In this document: positions 12,577 to 25,194 of the stretch, in pieces | How the letters are laid out: every line of letters starts with the position of its first letter | Position numbering within the stretch: position 1 is the first letter of the stretch | NCBI GenBank assembly: GCA_964016885.1 | Contig: OZ024742.1 | Location: forward strand, 128,960,001 to 129,024,000 | Length of the DNA: 64,000 nt | Reading direction: 5' to 3' | Source: Eledone cirrhosa | Lineage: Eukaryota | Notes under the pieces: model-generated | The model's input: only the letters and a program-made list of their open reading frames with translations | Told to the model about the DNA's origin: nothing | The model's database searches: none | Program-made: the position numbers and the translations under genes

Positions 12577-15480
12577 AGACGGCAACTGATCTCTGTGCTA
12601 CACATCCAAACCGCCACTTCTTTATTGAGGACCTCCTGTCCGGAAGATCTTTCCTCGTAGATACGGGAGCCTCCTGCAGCATTTGGCCGGTGAACTGTGT
12701 TAAAGAAACTCCGCCTGAGTCACCAATGAATCTACAAGCTGTCAATCATTCGCCGATACGGACTTTTGGACAAATCTCGCTTCCTCTGCAATTCAGAAAT
12801 CTTCGACGAGAATTCAAATGTATTTTTACGATTGCTGACCTACCATATCCGATCTTGGGAGCGGATTTTCTACACCATTTTGCATTGATGGTGGATGTCC
12901 GTGGCCGACGCCTAGTAGACGGCATTACGGGTTTTTCTCTTCGTGGCCAGAAAGCTAATTTGCCAACGGTTAGCCCGACCTTTTTCATCGCTAATGCTGG
13001 GAATTCCTATCATGCATTGTTGAATTCTTTCCCACAGCTTACTCAGGAAAATTTTCGAGTTGTCGAACCGACTCACACAACGGAGCATTTTATCTCTACA
13101 ACTGGCGCCCCAGTGTTCTCACGTCCTCATTGCTTGCCTGCGGACAAATTGAAGGCAGCATGGTCCGAGTTCAACCACATTCTGCAGCTAGGCATAATTC
13201 GCCCTTCTACAAGCTCTTGGGCTTCACCGTTACACCTGGTACCCAAGACTCCTGTCGACTGGAGACCCACTGGGGATTATAGGAAGTTAAATGCTATAAC
13301 TCTCCCGGATAGATATCCTATTCCACACCTGCAAGATTTTGCATCGTCGTTGCAGGGATGTAAAATTTTCTCGAAGCTCGATTTGGTGTCAGCTTATCAT
13401 CAGATTCCTGTCAAGAAAGAAGATATTCCGAAAACGGCCATTACGACTCCATTTGGATCATTTGAATTTCTTACCATGCCTTTCGGACTTAGGAATGCTG
13501 CTAGCACCTTTCAACGGTTCATGGATGAGGTCACTCGTGGTTTAGACTTCGTCTGCACTTATATTGATGATCTGCTTAGTGCTAGTTCCTCCAGAGAAGA
13601 ACCCATACGTCATTTGAATCTTTTGTTTTGTCGACTCAAGGATTACAGTGTTCAAATAAATTCCACAAAATGTGTTTTCGGTGCGGAATCGCGGAATTTT
13701 TTAGGTCATGTCATTGACTCCGAGGGTATTCGACCCCTCCCTCAATGAGTTCAGGCTATAGAGGATTTGCCTCCGCCGACCTTACTTCGTCAGTTGCGAC
13801 AATTCCTAGAACTGATAAATTTTTATAGACGTTTTGTTCCGCATTGTGCTAATCTACTTTTCTCTCTTACTGAGATTCTGAAAAATTGCCGCAAGAAAAA
13901 TAAGGACATCTCTTTGACTCAGACTCAGCTCGAGGATTTTCAAAAAGCCAAATCAGCATTGGCTAGTGCATCTTTGCTGGCCCACCCAGTGTCCAATGCC
14001 AAGCTTTCGCTTTGTGTTGATGTGTCGGATACTGCAGTGGTTGCAGTCTTACAACAGAGTAGTGACGATCACCAACAACCATTGGAATTTTTCTCCAGAA
14101 AGTTGAAGCCTGCAGAAACTCGGGAGCTGTTAGCCATCTACCTTTCCGTGAAATATTTTTCACATATGTTTTACAATCTATACTGACCATAAACCTTTGA
14201 CCTTCGCTTTAAGGGCAAAGTCCGACAAGTACTCGCCCAGAGAAACAAGGCATCTCGACTTTATCTCATAATTCACAAACGACATCCAACACATTCCAGG
14301 CTCATTGAACACAACGGCTGACACCCTGTCTCGATTGCCGATCAGTTCAATTGCGTCATCCCACGACATCAATTTAAATCACTTGGCAGCAGACCAACCT
14401 GCCCTAGAATCGTTGGATATTACATCAGCCGAATTTGCGACGAGTAATTTGAAATACCTGCCATTGCCCACCGCAGACGGACAGATTCTCTGCGACGTTT
14501 CCGTGGATTCACCGAGACCATTCGTCCCGCTAAACCATCGGATCTTCTGCCACAGTAAAGCTCATAACAGCCAGATTCTTCTGGCCAAATATGAGGCACG
14601 ATATTACTGCTTGGTGCCGTTCCTGCATCGCTTGCCAGAAATCGAAAATCCATAAACACGTTAAGGCTCCGCTCGGTACTTTCAGTAAACCGGACGCCCG
14701 TTTACGGCACATTCATGTGGACATCGTGGGACCTTGGCCAGTCAGTGGTGGTCATACTTATCTATTGACTATTATTGATCGTTTTTCGCGATTGCCTGAA
14801 GCCATCCCCTTGAAAGACATCACTGCTGAAACGACAGCGCGTGCCCTAGTATCAGGATGGATTGCCCGCTTTGGAGTGCCAACCACGATTACAACGGACT
14901 GTGGAAGACAGTGCGAATCGAATCTCTTCTCCGAATTGACGAAGATCATTGGCGCTAAACGCATCCGAACAACTGCATATCATCCTGCATCTAATGGAAT
15001 GGTGGAGTGTTTCCACCGACAACTAAAAGCCACTCTACGGACTTCTTCTGACTCTATGCGTTGGAGAAAGTACCTCCCTATTGTGTTGTTGGGGATTCGG
15101 TCATCAATAAAGGAGGACCTTGGGTTCTCCCCGGCCGTATTATTATATGGTGCTCCTCTAGCATTACCTGGGCAAATGCTTGCCCCTGTCGATCTTGCTG
15201 CACAAGATCTGCTTTCCTACGTATCCCGTCTGCGTTCTTATTTTCAGGACCTGCCGCCGATGGATACAAAGAAACAAACTGTAAAATCTGCAGTCCCGAG
15301 GGATATTGCCTCGTGGACCCATATGTTCGTAAGGAACGATGATGTGAGACCACCTCTCACACAACCGTACTCTGGACCCTACTGTGTATTAGCTCGTTCT
15401 GATAAACATTTCACTGTAGACATTAAGGGATCCAGATAAACCATTGCGGTTGATAGACTTAAGAGGGCCCACACAGATGT
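12570..15480 (+). pseudogene. pol: Gypsy pol (PR-RT-RH-IN), disrupted
   Basis: ORFs 12690..13748, 13767..14186, 14305..14655, 14591..15439 with canonical motifs; a deletion affects the integrase HHCC region. Confidence 0.92.
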
Positions 15481-15849
15481 TCACACACCTGAGCCACATA
15501 CACCCCCATCTTTTTCTTTTGCACCCCACCCCCCATCACCAAGATATGGTCGGAGGGTTCATTGGCCCAAAAAACTGTGTAGCACTGTATATTTTAAGCT
15601 GCTATTGTGCGGCTCTTTAATCCTGTATTTTCTATTTGAACTATTTGAACTTTTAAAAATCGTATTTTATATATTTTTTTATTTTTTCCGTTCTTGCATG
15701 CTTCTTTCATATATTTTTGAAATTTGTTATACCATTCATGCTTAGTTGGGGCTGGTTGCTCCTTGTTTTAAATTTTGTGCTAGTTGCTCATCTTTCTACA
15801 TACATGGTCCGTTGAACCGATTTAAAAAAAAAAATCTGGTGGGAGGCCA

Positions 15850-16245
15850 TGTAGCAAGATGACGCCACCTGGTATCTGGCTTTAAAAACAGACTATTAAC
15901 TGCCCTTAGTTCAGACATCACGTTCTGACGTTATTAGCTGAAGGCTATCTCTTCCGACATTGACTTTTATGCTAAGAAGACGTGTTTGTTGGCCTGTCGC
16001 ATCTATAATGCACCATGCGGTCAACGATACATTTCAACGCATCCCCTTTATGACAATATCTGACACGAAGTCAAGGAGCAACAGATGTAGTAACCTGTCT
16101 CGTTTATTTCACTGATTAAAATGCTTATGTATATATAATCATCGAGGTGTGTCTTTTATGAACTGTTTGTTGCGCATACACTTACAAAAAACCTATAGAA
16201 GAGATGTTCATACAACCAAACTAGGGAAGTGAACACCCTTCTAAA
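15850..16245 (+). repeat. 3' LTR
   Basis: Direct repeat of 10809-11204, preceded by a purine-rich tract. Confidence 0.93.
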
Positions 16246-16802
16246 GAACTATTCCAGTGTCTGATGTGGCTTGCTATACTATGTTGGCTGGAAGTGGTTT
16301 TCAAAACTACTTAATTATTTTCCATCCAATCCGCATTGCCGTGGATTTGTATGTATGTATATATATATATATGTATTTGTATGTATATATATATATACTA
16401 AGATGACCCCTTAGCCTTTGTCAAGGCAGAATTCTAGGAGAAGGAAAACTCTGATATAACACCTGCAACCCTGATGGTATCCAATGATGTTGACTTGTTC
16501 TTCTTTTTGGTAAATATCATCTTGGTTAAGAGAGTGGGACTGGCTTTGTGCAGTGCCTTTGCTCACTATAAAAGCTTCACGGCACAGGCATTGCTTTATA
16601 TCTGGAGATCTCTCTGCACTTGCCGTCACATGGTACCATGGGCCCAGCACTATGTGTCAATAATTGTCACAAGTGTAGTGTTTGTACCAGAGTTTTCATG
16701 TCGCTGGCTGGACTAAAATGTCACACTTGTTCAGCGCATCGGTAGGGGTTCTCCTACATGGATATAAAGTAGTGGCCGTACTCGAAAACGAGTTGGCAGC
16801 CA

Positions 16803-16839
<37 letters not shown>

Positions 16840-16840
<1 letters not shown>

Positions 16841-18265
16841 TAGCAGAATGGCCCGGTGTTGCTCGGGCTTCTAAACATAGATTGGCATGTTTATCCCTCC
16901 TTTCTGAAACAGTACAGAGAAGTACGGAATACCTCGGCCTGGAGATGGTGTCTAAATTTTTTGCTTAGGCAAATAATTTTCCATCTAGATTTTTCAAAAG
17001 CATGTAGTTGTGTTCCCTCTCTTTTTTGTTGTTGGTTTGCTGCTGTTGGTGTGATAGCAGCTGTTAGTTGTACTACTAACACAGTCTCGTCCTTCTTCAG
17101 CCAATCATGTATATCCCCTTCTGCCTCGTCTACCTAAACAATGATTGTAAACAAATCCTTGTACACAATGTTCCTTGTTCTTCCGTGTTGGGCATATGCA
17201 AAGAGATTTGTCTTGCTTCCCACTCTTGAGCAGCCAACGTATAGTTGCCCGTGTGAAAAACATGACTCTTCCAAAAGAAGACCAGCAACAGCTAGGGTCT
17301 GACCCTGGGATTTGTTGATAGATATTGCAAAGCTGATACGGTTCGGCAAATGGTTCGTTGGTTGTCTGTTTCAAGTGCTCTTCTGGTGGCAGTACGTTCA
17401 GCATCTTGGGACTGTCGAATAGCAGATTCCACTGACGATTCGTTTACCCACCTTATTCTTTTTCTTGCCGCTTTCGCAGTATTTTGGCCAATGGAGTATC
17501 TCTTCCTTCGAGGCAGGACGAAGTACACTAAGACTAACTGGTAGAGAAAGGAGTAAACTCGTCAGTGATGCATGTGATTTTCGAACCGTTGACTATGTAA
17601 TTGCTGGCCTTGTGCCAAAAGTAGTGGGACTTTTTGGGTGGTATATCGGCAGTAACAATGATGATAAGCCGTATGTGCTTTCATGAAATAAATACGTTTG
17701 TTTATATTTTGTTTTGGTGTATGCAAAAATATCTGTACACGAATATATAATTATATATATATATTAAAATAACAGATTAAAGTTTAAGCAAAGAATCGCT
17801 GCTTTCACCCTTAACGGGATCTTTTGAAACTAAAAAAAATCAATCTGCGAACACAGAAGTAAATATTTAAAAAAACGTTGCAACCGAAGGAAAACAGGAA
17901 GACGATACTTTGGTTTGTGAAGACATTCCCTGGCAATGAATGGAAAATAACGAAGATAATACGTCAGCAATGAGAACAATGTGTTCATAATGTCGTAATG
18001 CAGATAGCCAGACATACAGACGGATATTATAAGGGTGCAACGTTATAGCTATGTATCTATCTAAAAAGACAGACTAAGAAAGAGAGAGATATTGCTAACC
18101 GGCGCCTAACACCCCTTTAACAACAGAAAATTGAAAAATAAAAGCTGCAGTTAATATCTTTAGACCACAAGGAATATATAAATGCAAGTTTGAAGTCAAT
18201 TGGAGTAGAAATGTGGATTTGTATAGACTTTGCACACACAGACAATTTCAGTTTTATATATATAT
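16840..18265 (-). mobile_element. Internally deleted Helitron
   Basis: - strand 3' end hairpin GCCCGAGCAACACCGGGC followed by CTAG-T. Pif1 helicase C-terminus (SINKSQGQTL, CFSHGQLYV, TRNIVYK) joined to a basic RepHel-like N-terminus (PRRKR). Confidence 0.88.
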
Positions 18266-18959
18266 GCGAAAGTTATATTTAATTTGTTGGGATTCAACAA
18301 GCTTAAAAGTTTTATAACTGATATAAAGCACTCAACTGATACTGTTTTTTCTCTCTCTTCTTTCAACAGTACAATTTAAATAAACCGTTGTTTTTTCAAC
18401 TCTTTCTGACATTCATTTGCATACTCACACATAACTTTGAATTACCCTAAATAAAAAAATGTTTCCACTATCCAGAGAACCTTCAACCGTCAAGGTTGTT
18501 TTTTCGCGGGTATGTCAACATTTATAAAACAAATTTTGTATTTTATCTGATGAAAGCACACCAAAATTTGCCTTGGTTGCCCTTGAAATATATATAATAA
18601 AATAATTATGGTTTTATAAATATAGTTTCCATTTATTAATATATTGTATATATATATATATATTATAAACAATGTATTTTTAGAACTGTTGAGTGATAAA
18701 AACTTTTGCATATGAAAGTTAGTAGCTTCAACGTTAGAGATGGAAAACATTTGTAGGGTGCTGCCTGTTGATTTTGAACCCACACTTGCAATATATAATT
18801 TTGCTGTGTTAACCATTACACTAAAGTACCAGTTGACGAATGTTTCCATTATTTTAAGTCTCATCAATAAACCAGAGGATATGTAAGCAATGTATTATTA
18901 TAACTGATGAGTGAAAGGAAGTTTTGAATTTGAAAGTTCTCTGAGGACACATCCTGTAA

Positions 18960-19992
18960 TAGCTCTAACTTTTTCGAACTTGTTCTGATTATCATTTCTT
19001 TTCAGATAAATAATGACAGACATCAAGTTAACTCAGCAAATGAAAAGGCACGCTGTAATCGTTGCCTTAAAGACGGAGCATAGTGATTTAGAGATTGCTG
19101 GCTTTCTGAGAGTTATATGGTCATTTGTTGTCAAAGTTTGCAAAGAGCTTGAAGCCATTGATGGGGATTTTATAGCAGTAGCTAAACATAAACACCTGCT
19201 AAGGGTCCTACTACCATCAGAACACCCAAATTTGATGAAAGTTACAGAAAATTATTGACAAGAAAGCCAATTAGCACCATTTCTAAGGAGTTGAATGTTT
19301 CAAGGCACATAGTCGGAACAATTGTGTATGAGGACATTTGTTACAAATCGTATGTGATGTGAAGAAGCTAATTCATGTCTGCAAAGACAAAAGATAACCA
19401 TCTGATTCATGCAAAGTACTTGTAGAGCAAGTTGGAACATCAAGAGTCTGGATTGCTTTGGTTTTTCTTTAATGAGAAAAGCTTTGATGAGGACCAAAAG
19501 ACCAACTGAATGAATAATGGATGGTTATGCAGAAACCATAAAGACATTCCTACAGTCATGTAGACAAAGTTTCCAGTAACTGTAATGGTTCTGGGAGGTG
19601 TAAGCAGTGAAGGAGATGTCATGCCACCTCATGTTTTTCACCTACCAACAAGACTCTGCACCATTTCATAAGGCTAAGATGATGCAAGAATGGATGAGTT
19701 AAAACCTTCCTGATCATGTCACCCCAAACATATGGTTTCCTAACTCTCCAGACCTCAATCCGTTGTACTACTACATATGGGGTATAGCTGGAAGGGAAGT
19801 CAATCAATGTCTCCATAACACTATAAAATCACTGAAGCCTGCTATAATTAGCACAATACTCAAAATAGATAAAGACATCTAATTCAGGCATGTCAATGTT
19901 TCAGTTTCGCATTGAAGCAGTCATGAATGCTAACAGCAGATTCATTTTACTAAAATTCATGTAAATACCTTCAAAGAACTGAGCAATCCTGT
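18960..19992 (+). mobile_element. Degenerate Tc1/mariner (maT/DD37D-like) transposon
   Basis: HTH-like ORF 19013..19258; frameshifted VMVLGGVS, QQDSAP and PNSPDLNP motifs; right end ...CAATCCTG|TA. Confidence 0.8.
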
Positions 19993-20017
19993 ATATATAT
20001 ATATATATATATATATA

Positions 20018-20409
20018 CGAGGGTAATCCCAAAAGTAAGGTCTCCAAAGCGATAGGGATGCAGAGAAACTGTTCGTACGGCTGTTGGCAACACTGTTGTG
20101 ATTGGTGCTTCCTTCACTCCCAAACAAGCATGCGCGCGCTTCGCTGGGATGCTCAATCTTGGCTTGGCAGCCATTGAGAATGGAGTTCCCGTTGAACGCT
20201 ACCGCCAAATCTGAATTTCGCGCAGTTATTATATAGAGGGCAATCGCAAAAGTAAGGTCTCCTTCTGAGGAAAACATACGTAAAGATCGGCAGATCACTC
20301 TGGATGCTCTCTGCATTTTGGTTCCTGAGGTTTCCCGGAGCACCATCCACAGGATTTTAACGGAAAAGTTGCAATATTGGAAGGAGACCTTACTTTTGGG
20401 ATTGCCCTC

Positions 20410-20410
<1 letters not shown>
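20018..20410 (+). mobile_element. Non-autonomous mariner derivative (MITE-like)
   Basis: 28-bp TIRs CGAGGGTAATCCCAAAAGTAAGGTCTCC with 1 mismatch, TA flanks, transposase scraps (EFRAVI; STIHRILTEKL). Confidence 0.9.
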
Positions 20411-20440
<30 letters not shown>

Positions 20441-20444
<4 letters not shown>

Positions 20445-20895
20445 TTATTCCTGGTTGAATCGGAGGTAACCACAGTAAGTAAGGTACTCAATACATAGCA
20501 GAGTATAAAAGTTTTAATATAGAAGAGCTTCTACAGGACTAGAACTGTTTCATTCATGAGAAATCATCAGGAAGCTGGCTGTCCAAATAAGTGGTAGTAT
20601 TTATATCTTTCCTTTTCTGGTGGTAGGAGAGGGTGGGGGTTCGGATGGCTGGAGGTCATTGACTGAAGGCTTTAAAGAAAAGGGAGTTCATTAAAAGCTA
20701 ATTCTTTAAAGCTATAATATTAACAAAGGCAGAAAAAATACTGTAAACAAGTTCAAAATTGGAATACCAATCCTTGTTTATCACTTAAAGTAACAATGCC
20801 CGTAAGACAGGTGTCTACAGGATGGGTGGGGTTCAATGGTTTAAAGAAAAGGGAAATTCTTTAGAAGCTAATTCTTTAAGGCTGAAATAAGGGTG
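20441..20895 (-). mobile_element. Penelope-like element terminal-repeat remnant
   Basis: Carries a hammerhead motif; reverse-complement matches at 25512-25722 and 26344-26458; abuts (TA)n. Confidence 0.65.
20526..20576 (-). ncRNA. Minimal type I hammerhead ribozyme motif
   Basis: - strand agcttc-CTGATGA-tttctcatgaat-GAAA-cag-ttctagtc-ctg-TA-gaagct: complete core, 6-bp stem I, 4-bp stem III, GUA cleavage triplet. Confidence 0.75.
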
Positions 20896-21214
20896 CATAT
20901 ACATACACACACACACACACACATATATATACATATATATATATATACACATACATATACATACATATATACACACTCAAACATATATATATACACGCAC
21001 ACACACACGCACGCTCTCATGCATACACACGCACATACACACGTATTTATATATATTCATACGTGCACACATACATACATATATACACACACATACATAT
21101 ACAAATACATACATATACATACATACATACACACATATTTACATATATATACATACACAAACACATATATATATATATATACATATATATACATATATAT
21201 ACATATATACATAC

Positions 21215-21249
<35 letters not shown>

Positions 21250-21385
21250 CACACATATACACGCACATACACACATGCACTTACATATATATATATACAT
21301 ACACACACATACATGTATACATATATACATATATATACATATATACATATATATATACAGTACACACATATACATACATACACAC

Positions 21386-21430
<45 letters not shown>
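20896..21430. repeat. (TA)/(CA) compound microsatellite
   Basis: Directly visible. Confidence 0.95.
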
Positions 21431-21431
<1 letters not shown>

Positions 21432-22800
21432 AGAAAACGAAAAGTCAGTGATGCATCTGGACTTAATTTATTGCGTTACAATTGTTTCTCCGGCAGGTAG
21501 CTCGAGACGTGGTCCTTGTATGGATCCGGCTGATTCTACTTCTGCAGGTTCATTCAGACACGAGTATTTCATTAGGAGCAAATTTTATCACTGGGGTGTT
21601 ATCATAAAAAAATACCCTAAAAATCCCTACTTCCACTCTTGTCATGCCATTGGTTGTTTTTACTCCACATCATCACAAGTTCTGGTCAGTATCTACTGCC
21701 ACATGGGTCATCAGCCATTTTTCATCCGACACATTTCGATGGAGTCATGCTGGGTTCAGCATCCCACACGTCTGTTCACACTTCACAGTAAGCACCCACA
21801 CATACTAATACACACACACCCATGCAGACACCGACAGATTTACGCATACACACACGTACGTCTACATGTGCAGACCCCCCCCCCCCACATACATACATAT
21901 ATGTATATATACACACACACTCTCTCCCTCACCTCCACGGACCCAGTCACACCCACTTGTAGATACATATAATCATAATTTAGAGTTCGTTCTTCCCTTG
22001 AAGGTAGAACTAATATAATGATTTAATATAATATAATAAAAAAAATAATAATTTATAGTCCTCTTATTATGATAAATGCACACACATATATATATATATA
22101 TAGCTGAAAACTCTGCGTTAATTATTATACTTTAGACAATATATCTATTTAACAATAAATTCCTTGATATTTATAACAGTAAGTACTTCATAAATTATAC
22201 ATACCGAAAATGTTGACACTGTTACAAGTAATTTTGTTAAAGATAATCTTTGTGTGAATATAGAACAGTATATATTTTTCTTTCGCGGGCCTAGTAAATC
22301 CTTTAAATTTGTTTTCATAAAACTTCGAATTTTAGAAATGTAACATTTATAAAATTTATAAAATTTATAAAATTAATACAAATAACCATCAACTTTTAAA
22401 ACCTAAAATTTTGATTCTTCACTCTAAAATAACATAAATTAAATATTTTGGAATTTAACCACCAAGGTTATGTTTATATGTGTCCGATGAAAATTTGTGC
22501 ATAAATTACTCCCCTTTATCTCTCCCTCTCTTTAATTATCTATCAGTTGCTTTCTCAAGCCAAAAACTTAAAAAATTATAACTCCAGAGATGTCTTCCTC
22601 TATAATCCAGATTTTAAAAACTCTATAACTGTTACATTAAAGCAATTGTTTTTCTTACTCACACCTTCTCTATTGATTCTATTACGTTTTCGCATGTTCT
22701 CATTATTAGGGTATAAATATTGAGTTTTCTCATAAGTTAATCACTACCTTGATTAAATCTTAACCATCTAACATGTCAGGGTATGTCATGTATCATTTTA

Positions 22801-22864
22801 TTTTATCTGATGAGGACGTACTGTTGAACCTGATTCAAGTACCTCTGAAATATGTATAATAAAA
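22801..22864 (+). ncRNA. Type I hammerhead-like motif (PLE-type)
   Basis: ttttat-CTGATGA-[gtac..ttgaa-loop-ttcaa-gtac]-GAAA-tatgta-TA-ataaaa; 6-bp stem I, very short stem III. Confidence 0.6.
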
Positions 22865-23003
22865 TTTAATTGATCACAAGAACATCTATTTTGTTAATAT
22901 TTGAATTTAATATTAATAACTTTGGAAAATATTTTTCTGTAGAGTGCTTCCAATCTACTGTAAAACTCATTATTTGATGTACTCATTGAATCTTGTTTAA
23001 CTC

Positions 23004-23064
<61 letters not shown>

Positions 23065-23070
23065 TATATA

Positions 23071-24375
23071 CTAGCATTTTAGCCCGGCGTTGCTCAGGTT
23101 TGTTCATTTGCTATGAAAAGGTACATACAGGTAAACGTGGTTTGAAAGCGAATAAGTTTATCAATTAAGTGCATAAAGCAGTTGAACCGGTTATTAAAAG
23201 TTATGAACCAATTAGCATTTTGGACAATCAATGATGGGTTAATAATCTTCCGATAGCGAATTTATCAGGCCAAACTTGCAAGATGGTGGCCCTGATGCTG
23301 CTGGGTGTCAGAACTGTCCGCCATGGGTGACCCTACCAGGAAATAGTTTTCCAGACGGCATAGCTCCAACACCTCCAACACCTGCACCAACATCTATAGC
23401 ACCTCTTTGTAGACGATATTGCGTGTCATCCCTTGAGGAGTGTAAGCAAAAAGTCCATTCCTGCTCCCTACACAGGAATAGGCAACATAAAGTTGGCCAT
23501 GGGAGAAGCATGGCTCCCGCAAATGGATGCCCGCTACTGACAATGTTTGCCGTTGTGACTTGTTAATGGACATGGCAAAACATGGTCTCACCGGGAATTG
23601 GGATTGCCGGAAATTGAACGGGATATCTGACGCCGAGGGGAAAAGGTTCATCCTTGGCAGTGTATTCAGCAGAATTGCCAGAAGTACAACACTATGGGTG
23701 TTGTTATAGTAATATTTAACCAATGAAAGTCGTAAAAAATAAATAATTTAAATATTCCGATTCATATGTCTATAGCATTAATCTGTTATATGAAGTGTTA
23801 TTTTGTGGGTTATTTGCAATAAGCCGATTTAAAATACCCCAGAAAAGCCGTATGTCAATACAGAACTCCAATGACTTCTCCAGCAGATTATAGAGAAGGG
23901 GAATAATCTATTATAGAGAGGGAAGAGCGATGGAGAGAGTAAAGCTAAGAAACTATAGGGAGGTGAGTAAAACAGTGTTGTCTTATAGAGTGAAGAGCGA
24001 CCGAGAGAGTAAAGCTAAGAAACTATAGGGAGATGTGTTAAACCTCAAAGCATGAAGAGAGTAAAGCAGTTAAATTATAGAGAGGGGGGAATAATCTATT
24101 ATAGAGAGAGGGAAGAGCGACGGAGAGAGCATTTTGGGTAGTAGAGAGAGTGAATAAGTGTGTAAGAGCGAGGGTTACAGCATGTATTTAGTTTTATCGA
24201 TTTTTTTCATAGAAGCATGTAATTTTTGGCAAAGTTTATTACGCGTTGACCATCGTTGGTAAATTTGGAGCACATTGGAAAAAAAAACATCAAAATCTGT
24301 AGAGAAATGTGGAAATGCATAAAAATCATCATACACACACACAGACAGTCATCTTCTGTTTTATATATATAGAGA
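23071..24375 (-). mobile_element. Non-autonomous Helitron with helicase C-terminal fragment
   Basis: 5' TC and 3' hairpin plus CTAG on the - strand, inserted between A and T; ORF 23394..23723 has QFPVRPCFAMSINKSQ and FSHGQLYVA. Confidence 0.88.
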
Positions 24376-24757
24376 TATACATATACACATATGCATACAC
24401 ACACATATATAAATAAAAACATATATACAAATATATACATACACATACACATATATATAATTATATATATATACACATATATACATATATATATATATAT
24501 ATATACACATACATATACATATATGAATACAGATATATATATATATATATATAATATAAGATCAAAAAATGGTTAAACAAATATCATCATGGGATGATAT
24601 TTGCGTTCTCATCAGATAAAATAGGGAGACATGATATGAAGCTTAAAAAACACTTGTGAGCAGTGAAGTGTTAAATCAACCTCCTACATATATATATATA
24701 TATATATACACATATATACATACATATATACATATACACATACACACATACAGATAC

Positions 24758-24807
<50 letters not shown>

Positions 24808-24815
24808 ACATACAC

Positions 24816-24854
<39 letters not shown>

Positions 24855-25000
24855 AACACACAAACATACACATGTATACACATACGCATATACATATAAA
24901 CGCACGTACACACAAACATACGCATACATACGTACGGCCACTCAACCAAATACGTACATACATACACTCATAAATACACATATACACAGACACACTTATA
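24376..25000. repeat. (TA)/(CA) compound microsatellites
   Basis: Directly visible. Confidence 0.92.
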
Positions 25001-25194
25001 CAGTGTAAAGATGAAGTACGCTCTACATGCGGAAAGAGCAGATAGGGAAGAAGTACTTACATGACCATAGTGCCGTGTTTCGGGTCGAGAGGGGATAGGG
25101 GTAGGGTGGGAAGGTGGTGGAGGGGGTATTTTGTCGAGTGGGGTTTTTTAAAAGAAGGGAAATCTTTTTTAGCTATCTGGCATTAACATTAGCA

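Larger units (their letters stand above)
10809..16245 (+). mobile_element. Full-length Ty3/Gypsy LTR retrotransposon, CsRn1-like, non-functional
   Basis: 396-bp LTRs, 4-bp TSD GAAC (10805-10808, 16246-16249), degenerate tRNA-Trp-type PBS (tgaccccga, ~11210), PPT-like ggtgggaggcca before the 3' LTR. Gag with CWYH motif, protease [14 protein letters not shown], RNase H ELLAI, integrase HVDIVGP/NGMVE, GPY motif. Confidence 0.95.

Noticed and set aside
17134-17349. Host PIF1 helicase exon
   Set aside because: It lies between Helitron termini, and a second version occurs at 23394-23723.
18545-18570. CTGATGA as another hammerhead (also ~24609 and ~40075)
   Set aside because: No properly spaced GAAA, stems or cleavage triplet could be found.
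20893-21431. Long His/Ile/Tyr or Val/Cys-rich ORFs (also 8198-8634, 24207-24993, 60186-60371)
   Set aside because: They are translations of TA/CA microsatellites.
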